A stretch of DNA of 64,000 bases from Candidatus Marinacidobacterales bacterium (GCA_965237955.1 OZ250169.1:3808001-3872000); one strand, 5' to 3'. Positions 10,510-21,021 are shown, counted from the stretch's first letter. Notes: generated by a model from the sequence alone, not told the origin. A program made the numbers and translations.

Positions 10510-11627
10510 GACGCCAGGGCGCGAGACAACTCGCCGACGTGTTTCTCCGGAAGATTAAGAGCTGGCATGAGCCGTAAGACATTCGGATCCGCGCTCGTAC
10601 CGACGAGAATGTCGTGGCTCAGAAGATCATCTCGTACGACGGTCGCGGGTATCTCGCACACGAGGCCGAGAAGAAAGCCCGCACCTTGAATTTTTTTGAC
10701 GGGCCCTATTACACAGGTCGAGCGAATGAGTGACGATACGTTGCGCACGTGCTGCAGTAGGCCTTCGCTTTCGATGACGTCGATGACGGTTTCAACGAGA
10801 GCGCACGCCATGGGACCACCACCGAAGGTCGTTCCGAGACTTCCCTTGGACGCTCGCTCGGCAACGGCGTCGGTCATGAGAACCGCACCGACGGGAAATC
10901 CCGCGGCCACGGATTTCGCCGTCGTGAGAATGTCGGGCACCACGTTGACGCGCTCCGCCGCGAACCCGAACCCGGTGCGGCCAACGCCGCATTGCACTTC
11001 GTCGAAGATGAGGACGGTCTCGGTCTCATCGCAGCGCTCACGAATCGCTTTCAAGAAATCAGCATCGAGATCGACAGCACCCGCCATCCCCTGGATGGGC
11101 TCGACGATCACGGCCGCGGTGGCCTTATCGATAGCGTAGAGGCCGTCTGCTTTGTTTGGGGGGATGAACTTCACCGGAAACGGCGTCAACGGGAACGCGT
11201 ACCACTTGTTGGCAGCTCCCCAGGTCACCGCGCTCGCGGCGGCGGTACGGCCATGGAAGCTATGCTCGATGGCAACGACCCTTTTGCGCTTCGACCCGAA
11301 AAACGCCAGCCGCAGCGCGTTCTCATTCGCTTCGGCGCCGCTGTTGACGAAGAACACGTGGTTCAGCCCGGGGGGCGCGAGCGCCGCGAGCCGGTCGGCG
11401 GCGCGTTCTCTCACTTTCAGGGGCACCACGTTCGATTGGAACGTGAGCTCTTTCGCCTGGCGCGCCAGCGTCTCGACAACGCGAGGATGCCCGTAACCAA
11501 GCGACGCCACGGCGTGTCCGCCGTAGAGGTCCAAAATCCAGCGTCCCTTCGCCGTCAACAGATGGACGCCCTCCGCGGAAACCGGCTCGAAGGGAAGGTG
11601 TGGGTACACGTCGAGAAGGCTCGTCAT
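10488..11627 (-). CDS. argD: Acetylornithine aminotransferase
   Basis: DLYGGHAVASLGY, NSGAEANE, SFHGRT, FDEVQCGVGRTG, TAK (PLP lysine) and GTTFGGGP motifs. Confidence 0.93.
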   Translation of the reverse strand: MTSLLDVYPHLPFEPVSAEGVHLLTAKGRWILDLYGGHAVASLGYGHPRVVETLARQAKELTFQSNVVPLKVRERAADRLAALAPPGLNHVFFVNSGAEANENALRLAFFGSKRKRVVAIEHSFHGRTAAASAVTWGAANKWYAFPLTPFPVKFIPPNKADGLYAIDKATAAVIVEPIQGMAGAVDLDADFLKAIRERCDETETVLIFDEVQCGVGRTGFGFAAERVNVVPDILTTAKSVAAGFPVGAVLMTDAVAERASKGSLGTTFGGGPMACALVETVIDVIESEGLLQHVRNVSSLIRSTCVIGPVKKIQGAGFLLGLVCEIPATVVRDDLLSHDILVGTSADPNVLRLMPALNLPEKHVGELSRALASCLASTT

Positions 11628-11638
11628 GACTGGTAATT

Positions 11639-12715
11639 CTAGATCCATCCGGGGCCTGAAAGGGTCAAGCCCGTGGTCTCGGGAAAGCCGAGCAGGCGGT
11701 TCATCCATTGGACGCCACCACCGGCGGCGCCTTTCGTCAGGTTGTCGATCACGGAGAAAACGGCTACGGAATCCCCTTCGCACGCGACGCCAAGATGCGC
11801 GTAGTTGCTGCCGACGACGTCTTTGAGCTTGGGCGTTCCCGACACGACGCGCACGAACGGCGACGAGGCGTAAAACGTTTCGAGCTCGCGAGCGATCGCG
11901 TCGCGATCGAGATCCGCTTGGAGTTTTCCCTGCACCGTCATGTGAATGCCGCGCGCGAACGGCCCCGAGTGCGGGATGAAGTGGAGCGCTGGCTTCACGC
12001 CGGCCACGCGCTCGGTGATGGCGGTGACCTCGGGTACGTGTCGGTGCGCGAGCGGCTTGTACGCAAAGAGGTTGCTCTGGCGGAGCGGGTGGTGCGTGCT
12101 CGCTTTCGGTTCTCGGCCGGAGCCGGTGCTGCCGGTGATGCCGACGGCGTAGAGATTCGGCTCGACGATGCCGAGCTTCAAAAGCGGCACGATGCTCAGA
12201 AGAAGCGCGGTCGCAAAACAACCGGGATGCCCGATATGTTGCGGTGTTTCGGTGACATGTTCCGGAAGCGCGCTCGAGAACTCGGGCACGAGCTCCTTCG
12301 CGCCGTGCGGTGAGCCATAGACGGCTTCATAGGCGTCCGCGCTCGAGTATCGAAAATCGGCCGACAAATCGACGACGCGGACGTCGGTGCTTCCGTTCGC
12401 CGAGCCGAGGAGCTCCTTGACGAGCGCGGCGGACGCGCCATGGCTCGCTGCGGAGAACGCCGCCACCGGACCACTCGCTTTTTCGAGGATGCCGGGAAGA
12501 TCGGCGCGCGAGCAGAACGTTTGATCGCCGTACGTGGAGTGCAAATGCGGGAACACACTTTCGAGCGTGTTCCCCGCCTGGCTTTCGGAAACTGCCGCGG
12601 TCAACTCGAGACGCGGATGCGCACTGAGCAATCGAAAGAGCTCGCCGGCCACGTAGCCGGAAGCACCGAGGACGATGGTGGCAATCGGTTCAGTTTTTTC
12701 AGTGGGCTCGTTCAT
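11639..12715 (-). CDS. argC: N-acetyl-gamma-glutamyl-phosphate reductase
   Basis: GASGYVAGEL, DLSADFR, HPGCFAT, TGSTGSGR, HRHVPE and IDNLTKGAAG motifs. Confidence 0.96.
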   Translation of the reverse strand: MNEPTEKTEPIATIVLGASGYVAGELFRLLSAHPRLELTAAVSESQAGNTLESVFPHLHSTYGDQTFCSRADLPGILEKASGPVAAFSAASHGASAALVKELLGSANGSTDVRVVDLSADFRYSSADAYEAVYGSPHGAKELVPEFSSALPEHVTETPQHIGHPGCFATALLLSIVPLLKLGIVEPNLYAVGITGSTGSGREPKASTHHPLRQSNLFAYKPLAHRHVPEVTAITERVAGVKPALHFIPHSGPFARGIHMTVQGKLQADLDRDAIARELETFYASSPFVRVVSGTPKLKDVVGSNYAHLGVACEGDSVAVFSVIDNLTKGAAGGGVQWMNRLLGFPETTGLTLSGPGWI

Positions 12716-13772
12716 GGCAATGCTCGAGGACGATATCGCCTAGCGTCGCGCCCGACGTGCGAGCGTTCGCGGCATCGAGAGCGAGTTGGCGTCGAATAAT
12801 GTCGATACCCACGGCGTTGTCGGTTGCCGGACCGGTCACGACGGTCGGCTCGATGCCGAAGCGCTCTCGTAGGAGCGTAACGCCGCCCCATGCAGCGACG
12901 GGATCGTTGGCCGAGAGCACGACGGAGGTGAGGACCGAGCGAATGGCGTCGTCGCCGAGGATCGCTTCGACGCCGTAGGCGCCAAGAAGGCCGTCGCCGA
13001 GCTCGAAGACGATGACGTCTGGTTGTCCTTCCGCGAGCTCGTTGAGCATCGTTTTCGTCAAGTCCGGACCATTACCGTCCGTCGTGGTGACGACGCCGAG
13101 GTCGGTGAAGATTCGAGTCTCTCGAGCGCCGGCGTCTTCCATGGCGAGGATATCGCGCCGCGCCGAAACTCCGGTCGCTTTGAAAGCATCGACCACGAGC
13201 CCTTTGTGGCGGAGACGCGACACGATCGCGCACGCGGCTGAAGTCTTCCCCGAATCCATGCACGTGCCGGCGACGGCGACGACAGGAATGCCCTTCGTGT
13301 CAAGCTTGATAGGCTTGACAGGCTTGGGGCTTTTCGGAAGCTTGGCGCCGCCGACGCGCGCGGGCACACCGATGCGCTCGCCGAGGTACGGGAAGTCGAG
13401 GACGGAGCCTAAAACTCTGCAATCGAAGGGCTCGCCGCGTTCAGGGTCGGCGCTTTCACACGTGCCGAGCACCCCACCGAGATTGAGAAGCTGGAGCGTA
13501 TCGCCCGGACGGACAGTGGCGGGCACCGAGCCCGAGTAGCCGAAAAGAGCCCTCCGGTGACCGAGGGCGCCGACCAGCACGTCGCCGCGCTTGACGATGG
13601 CCATACGCCCGCTCGCGAGCTCGAGCTCGTTGTAAGTGGCTTTGTCGTTAAGGACTTCCACCGCCACGACCACGCCCTCTTCCGCGGGGATGTCCGCGCT
13701 GAGGCGGAGCTCAGGTGTCAGCCCACAGCTCTGGGCGACGGAGGCAATCTTGTCGGCGACCGCGCGTTTCAT
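12699..13772 (-). CDS. DUF1611/DgcN-like P-loop-fold protein, first gene of the arg operon
   Basis: VVAVAGTCMDSGKT, AFKATG, DAGA..FTDLG..TT and DVIVFELGDGLLG resemble the DUF1611 C-terminal domain; its 3' end overlaps the argC start. Confidence 0.7.
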   Translation of the reverse strand: MKRAVADKIASVAQSCGLTPELRLSADIPAEEGVVVAVEVLNDKATYNELELASGRMAIVKRGDVLVGALGHRRALFGYSGSVPATVRPGDTLQLLNLGGVLGTCESADPERGEPFDCRVLGSVLDFPYLGERIGVPARVGGAKLPKSPKPVKPIKLDTKGIPVVAVAGTCMDSGKTSAACAIVSRLRHKGLVVDAFKATGVSARRDILAMEDAGARETRIFTDLGVVTTTDGNGPDLTKTMLNELAEGQPDVIVFELGDGLLGAYGVEAILGDDAIRSVLTSVVLSANDPVAAWGGVTLLRERFGIEPTVVTGPATDNAVGIDIIRRQLALDAANARTSGATLGDIVLEHCHERAH

Positions 13773-13794
13773 GGCATCATCCCCAAGGGACACG

Positions 13795-13833
13795 AATGCA
13801 TAATTATTAACTTAGATTGCATAAATAGTCAAC
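13795..13833 (-). promoter_or_regulatory. Tandem ARG boxes (ArgR operator) overlapping a sigma70 promoter
   Basis: AATGCATAATTATTAACT-tag-ATTGCATAAATAGTCAAC forms two 18-bp boxes 3 bp apart; the minus strand reads TTGACT-17 bp-TAATAA. Confidence 0.85.
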
Positions 13834-13853
13834 CCGGAGCGGGCTCGGCGGAA

Positions 13854-14741
13854 TCAACTGGCGCTGGACAGGTCGAGGGCGTCCGCGAGCTCGCGGAGCT
13901 TGCTCTGAACTTTCTTCGTGTTCTCCGGCCCGATCCGCAGGAGCTGCTTTTGCGCCGGAGAGAGCACCTCGAGGCGTGATTCCACGAACGTGTAGTTCAC
14001 GCTGTCGGCGCGGAGGGTGATGCGGTCCTCCACCACCGGCGTCTGCAGCAGAATCGAGATCGCCTTCCGCAGAGCGTCTTCGAACTGCTGATCTTGATAG
14101 CCCAGCTCCGCGTACGCCTCGTCCATCAAAGGCTTCGCGTTGCGATACACGGTAGCCAACCCTTCCGTGTCCATCGAGGCAAACGCCGACGCAAGAACGT
14201 TGTAGCGATGGTAGCCGCGCGGGTCGAGGAAAACCTGGGGCGAGCGCTGGACCACGTTGAACTTCTCCTCGGGCGCGAGATACGGAAAATGGCGCGCCGG
14301 GTTCTCCCCCTCCGCAATATTGTCGACGGCCGCGACGATCTTGCGCACGAGCTCGTCCGTCAACAGGAACGACGCCAATCCCGGATGCTGCGAGAGTTTC
14401 CCGAGAGCTTCTCGCGCGAACACGTCGCTTTCCGAGAGAGCGGGGAGAACGACCTCCGGTTCTTCCGGCTCGGGCTCTGGCTCTTCCTCTGCCGGTTGCG
14501 GTAGAGCGAGGGGAGCCGGACGATCGTCGGAAGCTTCTTGCTCCAGCACCGTCACCGGTCCGCGGCTCGAGAACAACCAGAAAAGCGTGAGCCCGGCGAC
14601 GAATGCGAGACCGGCGGCTGCGATCAGAGGCCACGTGAGTAACGACCCCTCACCGCCGTACCTTATGGGCGCCGACGCCGAGGAAGCGGTGTAATCGTCG
14701 TCCTCGGACTGATCGAGGTTCTGGTCGTCCCAATCGCTCAT
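13854..14741 (-). CDS. DUF3014 family membrane-anchored protein
   Basis: TM helix, Pro/Glu linker, LPALSESD, VAAVDNIAEG, YHRY, PLMDEAYAELGY and LSPAQKQLLRIGPEN. Confidence 0.85.
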   Translation of the reverse strand: MSDWDDQNLDQSEDDDYTASSASAPIRYGGEGSLLTWPLIAAAGLAFVAGLTLFWLFSSRGPVTVLEQEASDDRPAPLALPQPAEEEPEPEPEEPEVVLPALSESDVFAREALGKLSQHPGLASFLLTDELVRKIVAAVDNIAEGENPARHFPYLAPEEKFNVVQRSPQVFLDPRGYHRYNVLASAFASMDTEGLATVYRNAKPLMDEAYAELGYQDQQFEDALRKAISILLQTPVVEDRITLRADSVNYTFVESRLEVLSPAQKQLLRIGPENTKKVQSKLRELADALDLSSAS

Positions 14742-14898
14742 TTGAAGGTACCGAGTTACCTGCATGCTAGACCGCGGGCACAGGGCGCGCAATTCCGAAG
14801 GACGTGTTGGCACGCGACTTGCTCTAGACGTGCCACGTCAAACACGACGGAAGCGGTTTCCCCCTAAAAACCGCTTTCGGTTTTATCTGGAGGAAAGC

Positions 14899-16528
14899 AT
14901 GAGTCGCATTTTTTGGACCTTCGTGACACTTTGCGTCATCGCCGGAGTGATCGCCGCGATCGCGATACCGTCTCTATCGCGAGCCCGCATATCTTCGACG
15001 CCAACGGAACAACAGGCGTATTCCGGCGGGACGGCTTATCTCGAGGGCGGCGGCGAGTACGCGCCGGCTCCACCACTATCCGCGTTCATCGGAGAAGGCG
15101 GCGGCGAGTACGTACCTTACCAACCACCCAACGTCTTCGTACACAACACCGAGGACTACGACCCCATCGACTACAACACGTTCCAAGACGCTCGATTGAA
15201 CCCACTCTCTACATTCTCGATCGACGTCGACACCGCGTCCTACAGCAACGTGCGACGCTTTCTCGAGATGGGACAACGTCCTCCGAAGGACGCCGTTCGC
15301 ACCGAAGAGCTCATCAACTATTTCCAATACGACTATCCCGAGCCGAAGGGCGAGCAACCATTCTCGTTGACTGCCGAAGTTTCCCCGTGTCCGTGGAAGC
15401 CCGCGCACCGTCTCGTCCACATAGGTCTTCAGGGGCGAAGGATTCCGGACGACGAGCTGCCGCCCCGAAACCTCGTGTTTCTTCTCGATGTTTCCGGATC
15501 GATGGCGCAGACCAACAAGCTGCCTTTGCTCCAATCGTCGATGCGCCTTTTGACCAAACAACTCGGTGCCGAAGACCGCGTCGCGATCGTCGTTTACGCC
15601 GGCGCGGCCGGGCTCGTGCTCGAGCCCACCCCCGGATCGGACAGACGAACGATACTCAAGGCGATCGATCGATTGCAGGCGGGTGGTTCGACCGCGGGAA
15701 GCCAGGGCATTCAACTCGCCTACGAGGTCGCGTCCGAAAGCTTCATCGAAGGCGGCGCCAACCGCGTCATTCTCGCCACCGACGGCGATTTCAACGTTGG
15801 CGTCAGCAGTCGGGGAGGTCTCGAGGAGCTCATCGAAGACAAGCGGGACAGCGGAATCTTTCTCACCGTTCTCGGCTTCGGCATGGGGAACCTCAAGGAC
15901 GCCACGATGGAGCTTTTGGCGGACAAGGGCAACGGCAACTACGCCTACATCGACTCCCATCAAGAGGCGGAGAAAGTTCTCGTCCGCGAAGTGGGAGCGA
16001 CGCTCGTGACCATTGCCAAAGACGTCAAGATTCAAGTGGAGTTCAACCCCGCCAAGGTGTCCGCCTATCGCCTCATCGGCTACGAGAACCGCATCCTCGC
16101 AGACGAAGACTTCAACGACGACAAGAAAGACGCCGGCGAGCTTGGTGCGGGCCACACGGTGACGGCGCTCTACGAAGTCGTGCCGGTAGGAGTCGAGCTC
16201 GACACCGGGAATGCCGACCCTCTGAGGTATCAGCAAGTCCGACTACCCGGACCTGCGGCGCAAAGCAACGAGCTTCTCACCGTCAAGCTTCGCTACAAGA
16301 AGCCCGACGCATGGGTAAGCACGCGCTTCGAGCGCCAGCTCTACGACAGCCCTCACCAGCTCGAGAGCGAGAGCGTGAAGTTCTCGGCCGCCGTCGCCGC
16401 GTTCGGCATGCTGCTGCGTGACTCCGAGTTCAAGGGAGACGCGAGCTTCGACATGGTCCTCGAGCTCGTTCGAGAAAGCCGCGGCGATGATCCGTACGGT
16501 GACCGCGCAGGTGGGTGGCACAGGCATG
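14899..16528 (+). CDS. VWA-domain protein (YfbK-like, DUF3520); last residues lost next to the IS
   Basis: PLSTFSIDVDTASYSNVRR, NLVFLLDVSGSM (MIDAS), LATDGDFNVG and YRLIGYENR; homology stops at DPYGDRA just before the IS5 element. Confidence 0.88.
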
Positions 16529-17617
16529 CTGCCTTGGTGCACAACTCGCGATCTCGGTCCACAATTGTCCTTTACTCACGGATTCGAGGTTCCCCATGAG
16601 CATTTTCAAACGCACTCAGCGGAAGTATGTGAAGAAGGCCTATCGCGTGAGGAATTGGCGTGAATATGAGGCGGGTCTACGCAACCGTGGGAGCCTGACC
16701 GTCTGGATCTCGCTCACCGCCGGCAAGCTTGTGAACTGGGACGCGCCCCGGCCGAGGAGGAGGAACCCGGGCCGTCAACGCAAGTACTCGAACCACGCCA
16801 TCGAGACGGCTGTCACCCTGGGCATGGTGTTTCATCTGTCATCTAGGCAGAGCGAGGGATTGCTGCGATCGTTGTTCGCTCTGATGAAGCTAGACAATGA
16901 TGTGCCCGATCACACCACGATCTCGAGGCGCAAGGCGAAGCTGGGTAAGGTCCCCTTCTACCAAGACAAGCAGAAGACGCCGTTGCACATCTTGATCGAC
17001 AGCAGCGGTCTCGCTGTCCACGCCGGCCAGCTGCGCAGAGCACCAAAGAGCAGGGACTATCGCAAGCTCCATCTGTGTGTCGACGAGCAGAGTGGCGAAG
17101 TCGTCGCCGGCGAGCTGACGAGCAAAAGAGCCCGCGATTCATCGCGGGTTGCATCGCTTGTCGGACAGATCGACAGTCCCATCTCATCGGCCAGAGCTGA
17201 CACCGCATACGACGCCGGCGGCGTCTATGAGGCAATCGAGAATCACAGCGCTCATTGCTCGCCGAGGGTGCTGATACCGCCGCGCAAGGGCGCCCAGCTC
17301 GCATCGGGGCCGGCGAGCAGCCGACAGCGCAATCGCAACATTGCAGCACAAGCTCGGCTCGGCAAACGAAAGTGGCACACAGAATCGGGCTACAGCAAAC
17401 GGAGCAAAGTCGAGACAACGTTCCATCGCTACAAGGCTATCGTGGGCTCAGCGATGCGAGCGAGAGGGTTGGCGGCACAGAGAGTCGAGGCAAGGATCGG
17501 GTGCAAGATTCTGAACACCATGACGGCGCTCGGGATGCCTGATAGCGAGATGATCGGATGATGGGAGTCGGGGCCAAGCGAGCTATCGGCCTCTATCGGA
17601 GTTGTGCACCAAGGCAG
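16529..17617 (+). mobile_element. IS5-family (IS903-like) insertion sequence
   Basis: 19-bp perfect terminal IRs CTGCCTTGGTGCACAACTC / GAGTTGTGCACCAAGGCAG; no flanking target duplication. Confidence 0.88.
16596..17561 (+). CDS. IS5-family transposase
   Basis: YRVRNWREYEAGLRNRGSLTVW, PDHTTISRR, IDSSGL, RKLHL, ADTAYD and GYSKRSKVET motifs. Confidence 0.92.
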   Translation: MSIFKRTQRKYVKKAYRVRNWREYEAGLRNRGSLTVWISLTAGKLVNWDAPRPRRRNPGRQRKYSNHAIETAVTLGMVFHLSSRQSEGLLRSLFALMKLDNDVPDHTTISRRKAKLGKVPFYQDKQKTPLHILIDSSGLAVHAGQLRRAPKSRDYRKLHLCVDEQSGEVVAGELTSKRARDSSRVASLVGQIDSPISSARADTAYDAGGVYEAIENHSAHCSPRVLIPPRKGAQLASGPASSRQRNRNIAAQARLGKRKWHTESGYSKRSKVETTFHRYKAIVGSAMRARGLAAQRVEARIGCKILNTMTALGMPDSEMIG

Positions 17618-18681
17618 AGACGTTGCGCCATATCGCCTCGGAGGGGGCCGACTATCTCTACACCGGCGCCTGGGGAAAGAAGTTCGTCGAGAAGTCACGC
17701 GAGAAAGGTTATTGCGTGAGCCTCGAAGACATGGCGGACTTCCAGGTGCGCTGGTCCGATCCCGTCCGCTCCACGTACCGCGGCTACGAAATCGTGAGCG
17801 AGTCGCCACCGAAAAAGGGTGGCGTTCAGATCGCCTACAACCTCAACATTCTCGAGAACTTCGATCTGAAGAGCCTCGGTCACTACGCGACGTCGGCGGA
17901 AAGCCTCGAGATCCTGACGCGGGCGCTCGGCCGGGTGGAGAACGATATGCGGTACGGGATCGCCGATCCGAAAGCGTTTCAGATCCCAACGCAGGTGTGG
18001 CTGTCGAAAGACTACGCCCGGTTCGGCGCCGATTTCGTACGGCAGACGATGGTCGTTCCCAATGTGGATTTGACGCCGCACAAAGCAGTGGCAGCGCTCC
18101 ACCGTCCGGGCCCGATACGGATCGCGCGGTCCGCCGACGCGCCGCCGCTGGTCGACGAGAGCAATCACAACGTCATCGTCGATGCCGAAGGGAACTGGAT
18201 CACGTCGCTTCACACCGGACACGGCGGCGCGCCGGGGATCTTCATCGACGGCTTGCGGGCGACCGGGAGCGGTTTGCCAGGCCAGACGGTCGGCCCAGGC
18301 CGGCGGGTGAGCCCTAACAACACCGGTACGATCGTGGCCAAGGACGGAAAACCGTGGCTCGCTCTCGGCTCGCCGGGCGTACCGCCCCAGCCGGTGACCC
18401 AGATACTGGTGAACATCATCGACTTCGGCATGGATCCCGGCGACGCCGCGGACGCATCCCGCTTTTTCGCCTTCCGTACCAACGAGCGGGTTCTGGCCAT
18501 CGAGTCCCGCATCTCCGACGACGTGCGAAAGGGTCTGAAGGCCCGCGGCATCAAGATCGAAGACCTTGGTCCGTACAACTGGCACACCGGCTCCATGCAA
18601 ATCGTCTAGAGGGATCCGGAGACGGGAAAGCTTCACGGCGTGACCGATCCCCGCCGACTCGGCCGCGCCGCCGGCTTCTGA
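17618..18681 (+). pseudogene. ggt: Gamma-glutamyltransferase C-terminal half; 5' part deleted, in-frame TAG at 18607
   Basis: AETLRHIASEGAD..YTG, PVRSTYRGYEI, LNILENFDL, GPGRRV, LALGSPG, QILVNIIDFGM and GSMQIV*RDPETGKLHGVTDPRR. Confidence 0.85.
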
Positions 18682-18687
18682 AGTACC

Positions 18688-18713
18688 GAGGGGAAGCCGA
18701 GGGGCTCCCCCTC
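18688..18713 (+). terminator. GC-rich hairpin after ggt
   Basis: GAGGGGAAGCC-GAGG-GGCTCCCCCTC stem-loop; no strong U tract. Confidence 0.35.
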
Positions 18714-18948
18714 AGACTTCATGTAATGGGGGACGTGATGAAAAGAAGCACCTCGCCGCAATTCTCGGTTCCGTTGTACTGGCTCCTGCACCGGCCTATT
18801 CGCAAGGTGCTTCCGCAATCAAGTGTTGGCAGCCAGCCCCTAACCCGTTTGCGGGGAACCGGCTTGGCGAATCAGGCCGCGATCGGGTAGGTGTGCTACC
18901 CTCCCACTCTCGAGCTACATCCACACGATGCGCGAAGGGAGGACCGCC

Positions 18949-21021
18949 ATGTTGAAGCGTTCGCTGATTGTAGCCTCTCTCGCCCTCTGCCTCGTGAGCC
19001 AAGCTACCGCCCAAACGAGCGGCAACCGGTTGACGCTTGAAGGGTACCTCGATTACGAGACCGTCGACGACCCCAGACTGTCTCCCGACGGAAGCCGCGT
19101 CGTCTACACGCGCCAGTGGTTCGACAAGCTGGCCGATCGGCAGCAATCGTCCGTCTGGATCGTGAACGCCGACGGCACCCGCAATCGCTTTCTGATCGAT
19201 GGCTCGAATGCTCGTTGGTCTCCCTCGGGCGACCGGTTGGCATTCGTCGCGCCTGGCGAGCCCAAGGGGCCACAAGTATTCGTACGCTGGATGGATGCAG
19301 AAGGGTCCGTCACTCAAATCACCCGCGTCGACCAATCCCCTTCCAACGTCGCATGGTCTCCGGACGGCACCAAGATAGCTTTCACCATGTTGGTAGAAAA
19401 GAAGAACGAGTGGCCCATCGATCTGCCGAAGCCGCCCCAAGGAGCCAAGTGGACCGAGTCCCCCAAGATCATCGAGCGGCTCGAATACCGCCGGGATGGT
19501 ATCGGCTATATCGATACAGGGTACCTTCACATCTTTGTCGTTGCCGCGGAAGGCGGCACACCGCGGCAGATCACTTCGGGCGACTACGACCACCCCGGGA
19601 GAGACCCTACTGCGAACAACAATCTGGCCTGGACGCCGGATAGCAAACAGATCCTCTTCAGCGGGCTCCGTGCCCAAGATGCCGACTATCAATGGCGGGA
19701 GTCCGAGATCTACGCGGTCGATGTCGCCACGAGCGAGGTGCATCGCCTCACCGATCGCAAAGGCCAAGATCAGACACCGAGAGTCTCGCCCGATGGAACG
19801 AAAGTCGCCTACAGGGGTTACGACTGGCACCGCGACTTTTATATGCACAAGATCTACGTCATGGACATCGACGGCCGGAATCCTCGACTGGTCTCCGGCG
19901 ATTGGGACCGTCGCTCGAAAGCCCTTTTCTGGGGAAGCGACAGCGACAGGCTCTACTTTACGGCCGAGAACGAAGGCAGCCGCAACCTTTACGCCCTTCC
20001 TCTGACCGGACCTAAGGCCAACAAAGTGGTGCCGGTGACGGAAGGTAACCATTGGGTCACGGTGTCCGAGATCAGTCCCAAAGGCCAGGCCGTTGCGGTT
20101 CGGACCGATTTCCATCGGCCGCAGGACGTCGTTCTCTTCGACGTTGCCCGAGCCGGAGCGATGAAGCAGCTGACGCACGTCAACGACGATATCCTCGAAG
20201 GCATCGATCTCGGGGAAGTGGAGGAGATCTGGTACGAAGCGCCGGACGGTGTTCGCGTCCAAGGCTGGTATATGACACCGCCGGATTTCGATGCGACGAA
20301 GACCTATCCCATGCAGCTTCACATCCACGGTGGCCCTCACGCCATGTACGGAGCACAGTTCAAATACAGCTGGCACGAGCACGCGGCCAACGATTACGTC
20401 ATCCTGTTTACCAACCCCCGAGGCAGCAGCGGTTATGGCAGCAAGTTTGGAAACTTGATCGCCGACGCCTACCCCGGCCCGGACTATCAGGATTTGATGG
20501 CCGGCGTCGACACAATGCTGGAAAAGGGCTTCGTCGACGAGCAGAATCTCTTCGTCACCGGCTGCAGCGGAGGGGGCACCCTCACGGCATGGGTCGTTAC
20601 CCAGACGGATCGATTCGCTGCAGCCTCTTCCAACTGCACCAGCGTGGATTGGATAAGCAAGCTGGGCAACACGGACATCGTCATATCATTCTATCGCTTC
20701 CCCAAGCTTCCCTGGGAAGATCCGACATTGTGGTTGAAGCACTCCCCCATCAATCACGTGGAGAACGTGAAGACACCGACGATGCTCATCACCGGAGAGG
20801 AAGACCTGAGAACGCCGGTCACCCAAGCTGAGCAGTTCTATCGGGCCTTGAAGTTCTTGAAAGTCCCGACAGCGCTTCTGCGCTACAAAGACCAGGCTCA
20901 CGGAACCGGGAGCCGTCCTTCCAACTTCATGAGGACTCAGCTCTATTTGCGCTACTGGTTCGACAAATACAAACGCCCATCGGGGCGGGCAACGGACCAT
21001 CAGAGTAACCGGGACCCTTGA
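18949..21021 (+). CDS. S9-family peptidase (dipeptidyl aminopeptidase/acylaminoacyl peptidase)
   Basis: Signal peptide, WSPDG beta-propeller repeats, IHGGPH, NPRGSSGYG, GCSGGG nucleophile elbow, EEDLRTP and AHG. Confidence 0.93.
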   Translation: MLKRSLIVASLALCLVSQATAQTSGNRLTLEGYLDYETVDDPRLSPDGSRVVYTRQWFDKLADRQQSSVWIVNADGTRNRFLIDGSNARWSPSGDRLAFVAPGEPKGPQVFVRWMDAEGSVTQITRVDQSPSNVAWSPDGTKIAFTMLVEKKNEWPIDLPKPPQGAKWTESPKIIERLEYRRDGIGYIDTGYLHIFVVAAEGGTPRQITSGDYDHPGRDPTANNNLAWTPDSKQILFSGLRAQDADYQWRESEIYAVDVATSEVHRLTDRKGQDQTPRVSPDGTKVAYRGYDWHRDFYMHKIYVMDIDGRNPRLVSGDWDRRSKALFWGSDSDRLYFTAENEGSRNLYALPLTGPKANKVVPVTEGNHWVTVSEISPKGQAVAVRTDFHRPQDVVLFDVARAGAMKQLTHVNDDILEGIDLGEVEEIWYEAPDGVRVQGWYMTPPDFDATKTYPMQLHIHGGPHAMYGAQFKYSWHEHAANDYVILFTNPRGSSGYGSKFGNLIADAYPGPDYQDLMAGVDTMLEKGFVDEQNLFVTGCSGGGTLTAWVVTQTDRFAAASSNCTSVDWISKLGNTDIVISFYRFPKLPWEDPTLWLKHSPINHVENVKTPTMLITGEEDLRTPVTQAEQFYRALKFLKVPTALLRYKDQAHGTGSRPSNFMRTQLYLRYWFDKYKRPSGRATDHQSNRDP

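Noticed and set aside
759-18609. TAG/TGA stop-codon reassignment to Trp (in-frame stops at Trp-like positions)
   Set aside because: Intact genes end normally with TAG (argB, argC) and TGA (argF') and use TGG for Trp. Most affected genes also carry deletions or frameshifts, so point mutation is the simpler explanation.
18796-20382. Long antisense ORFs (also 14913-16421 in an alternative frame, 15076-16236, 41334-42776, 35084-36433)
   Set aside because: Shadow ORFs expected opposite or overlapping high-GC genes; they carry no recognisable motifs.
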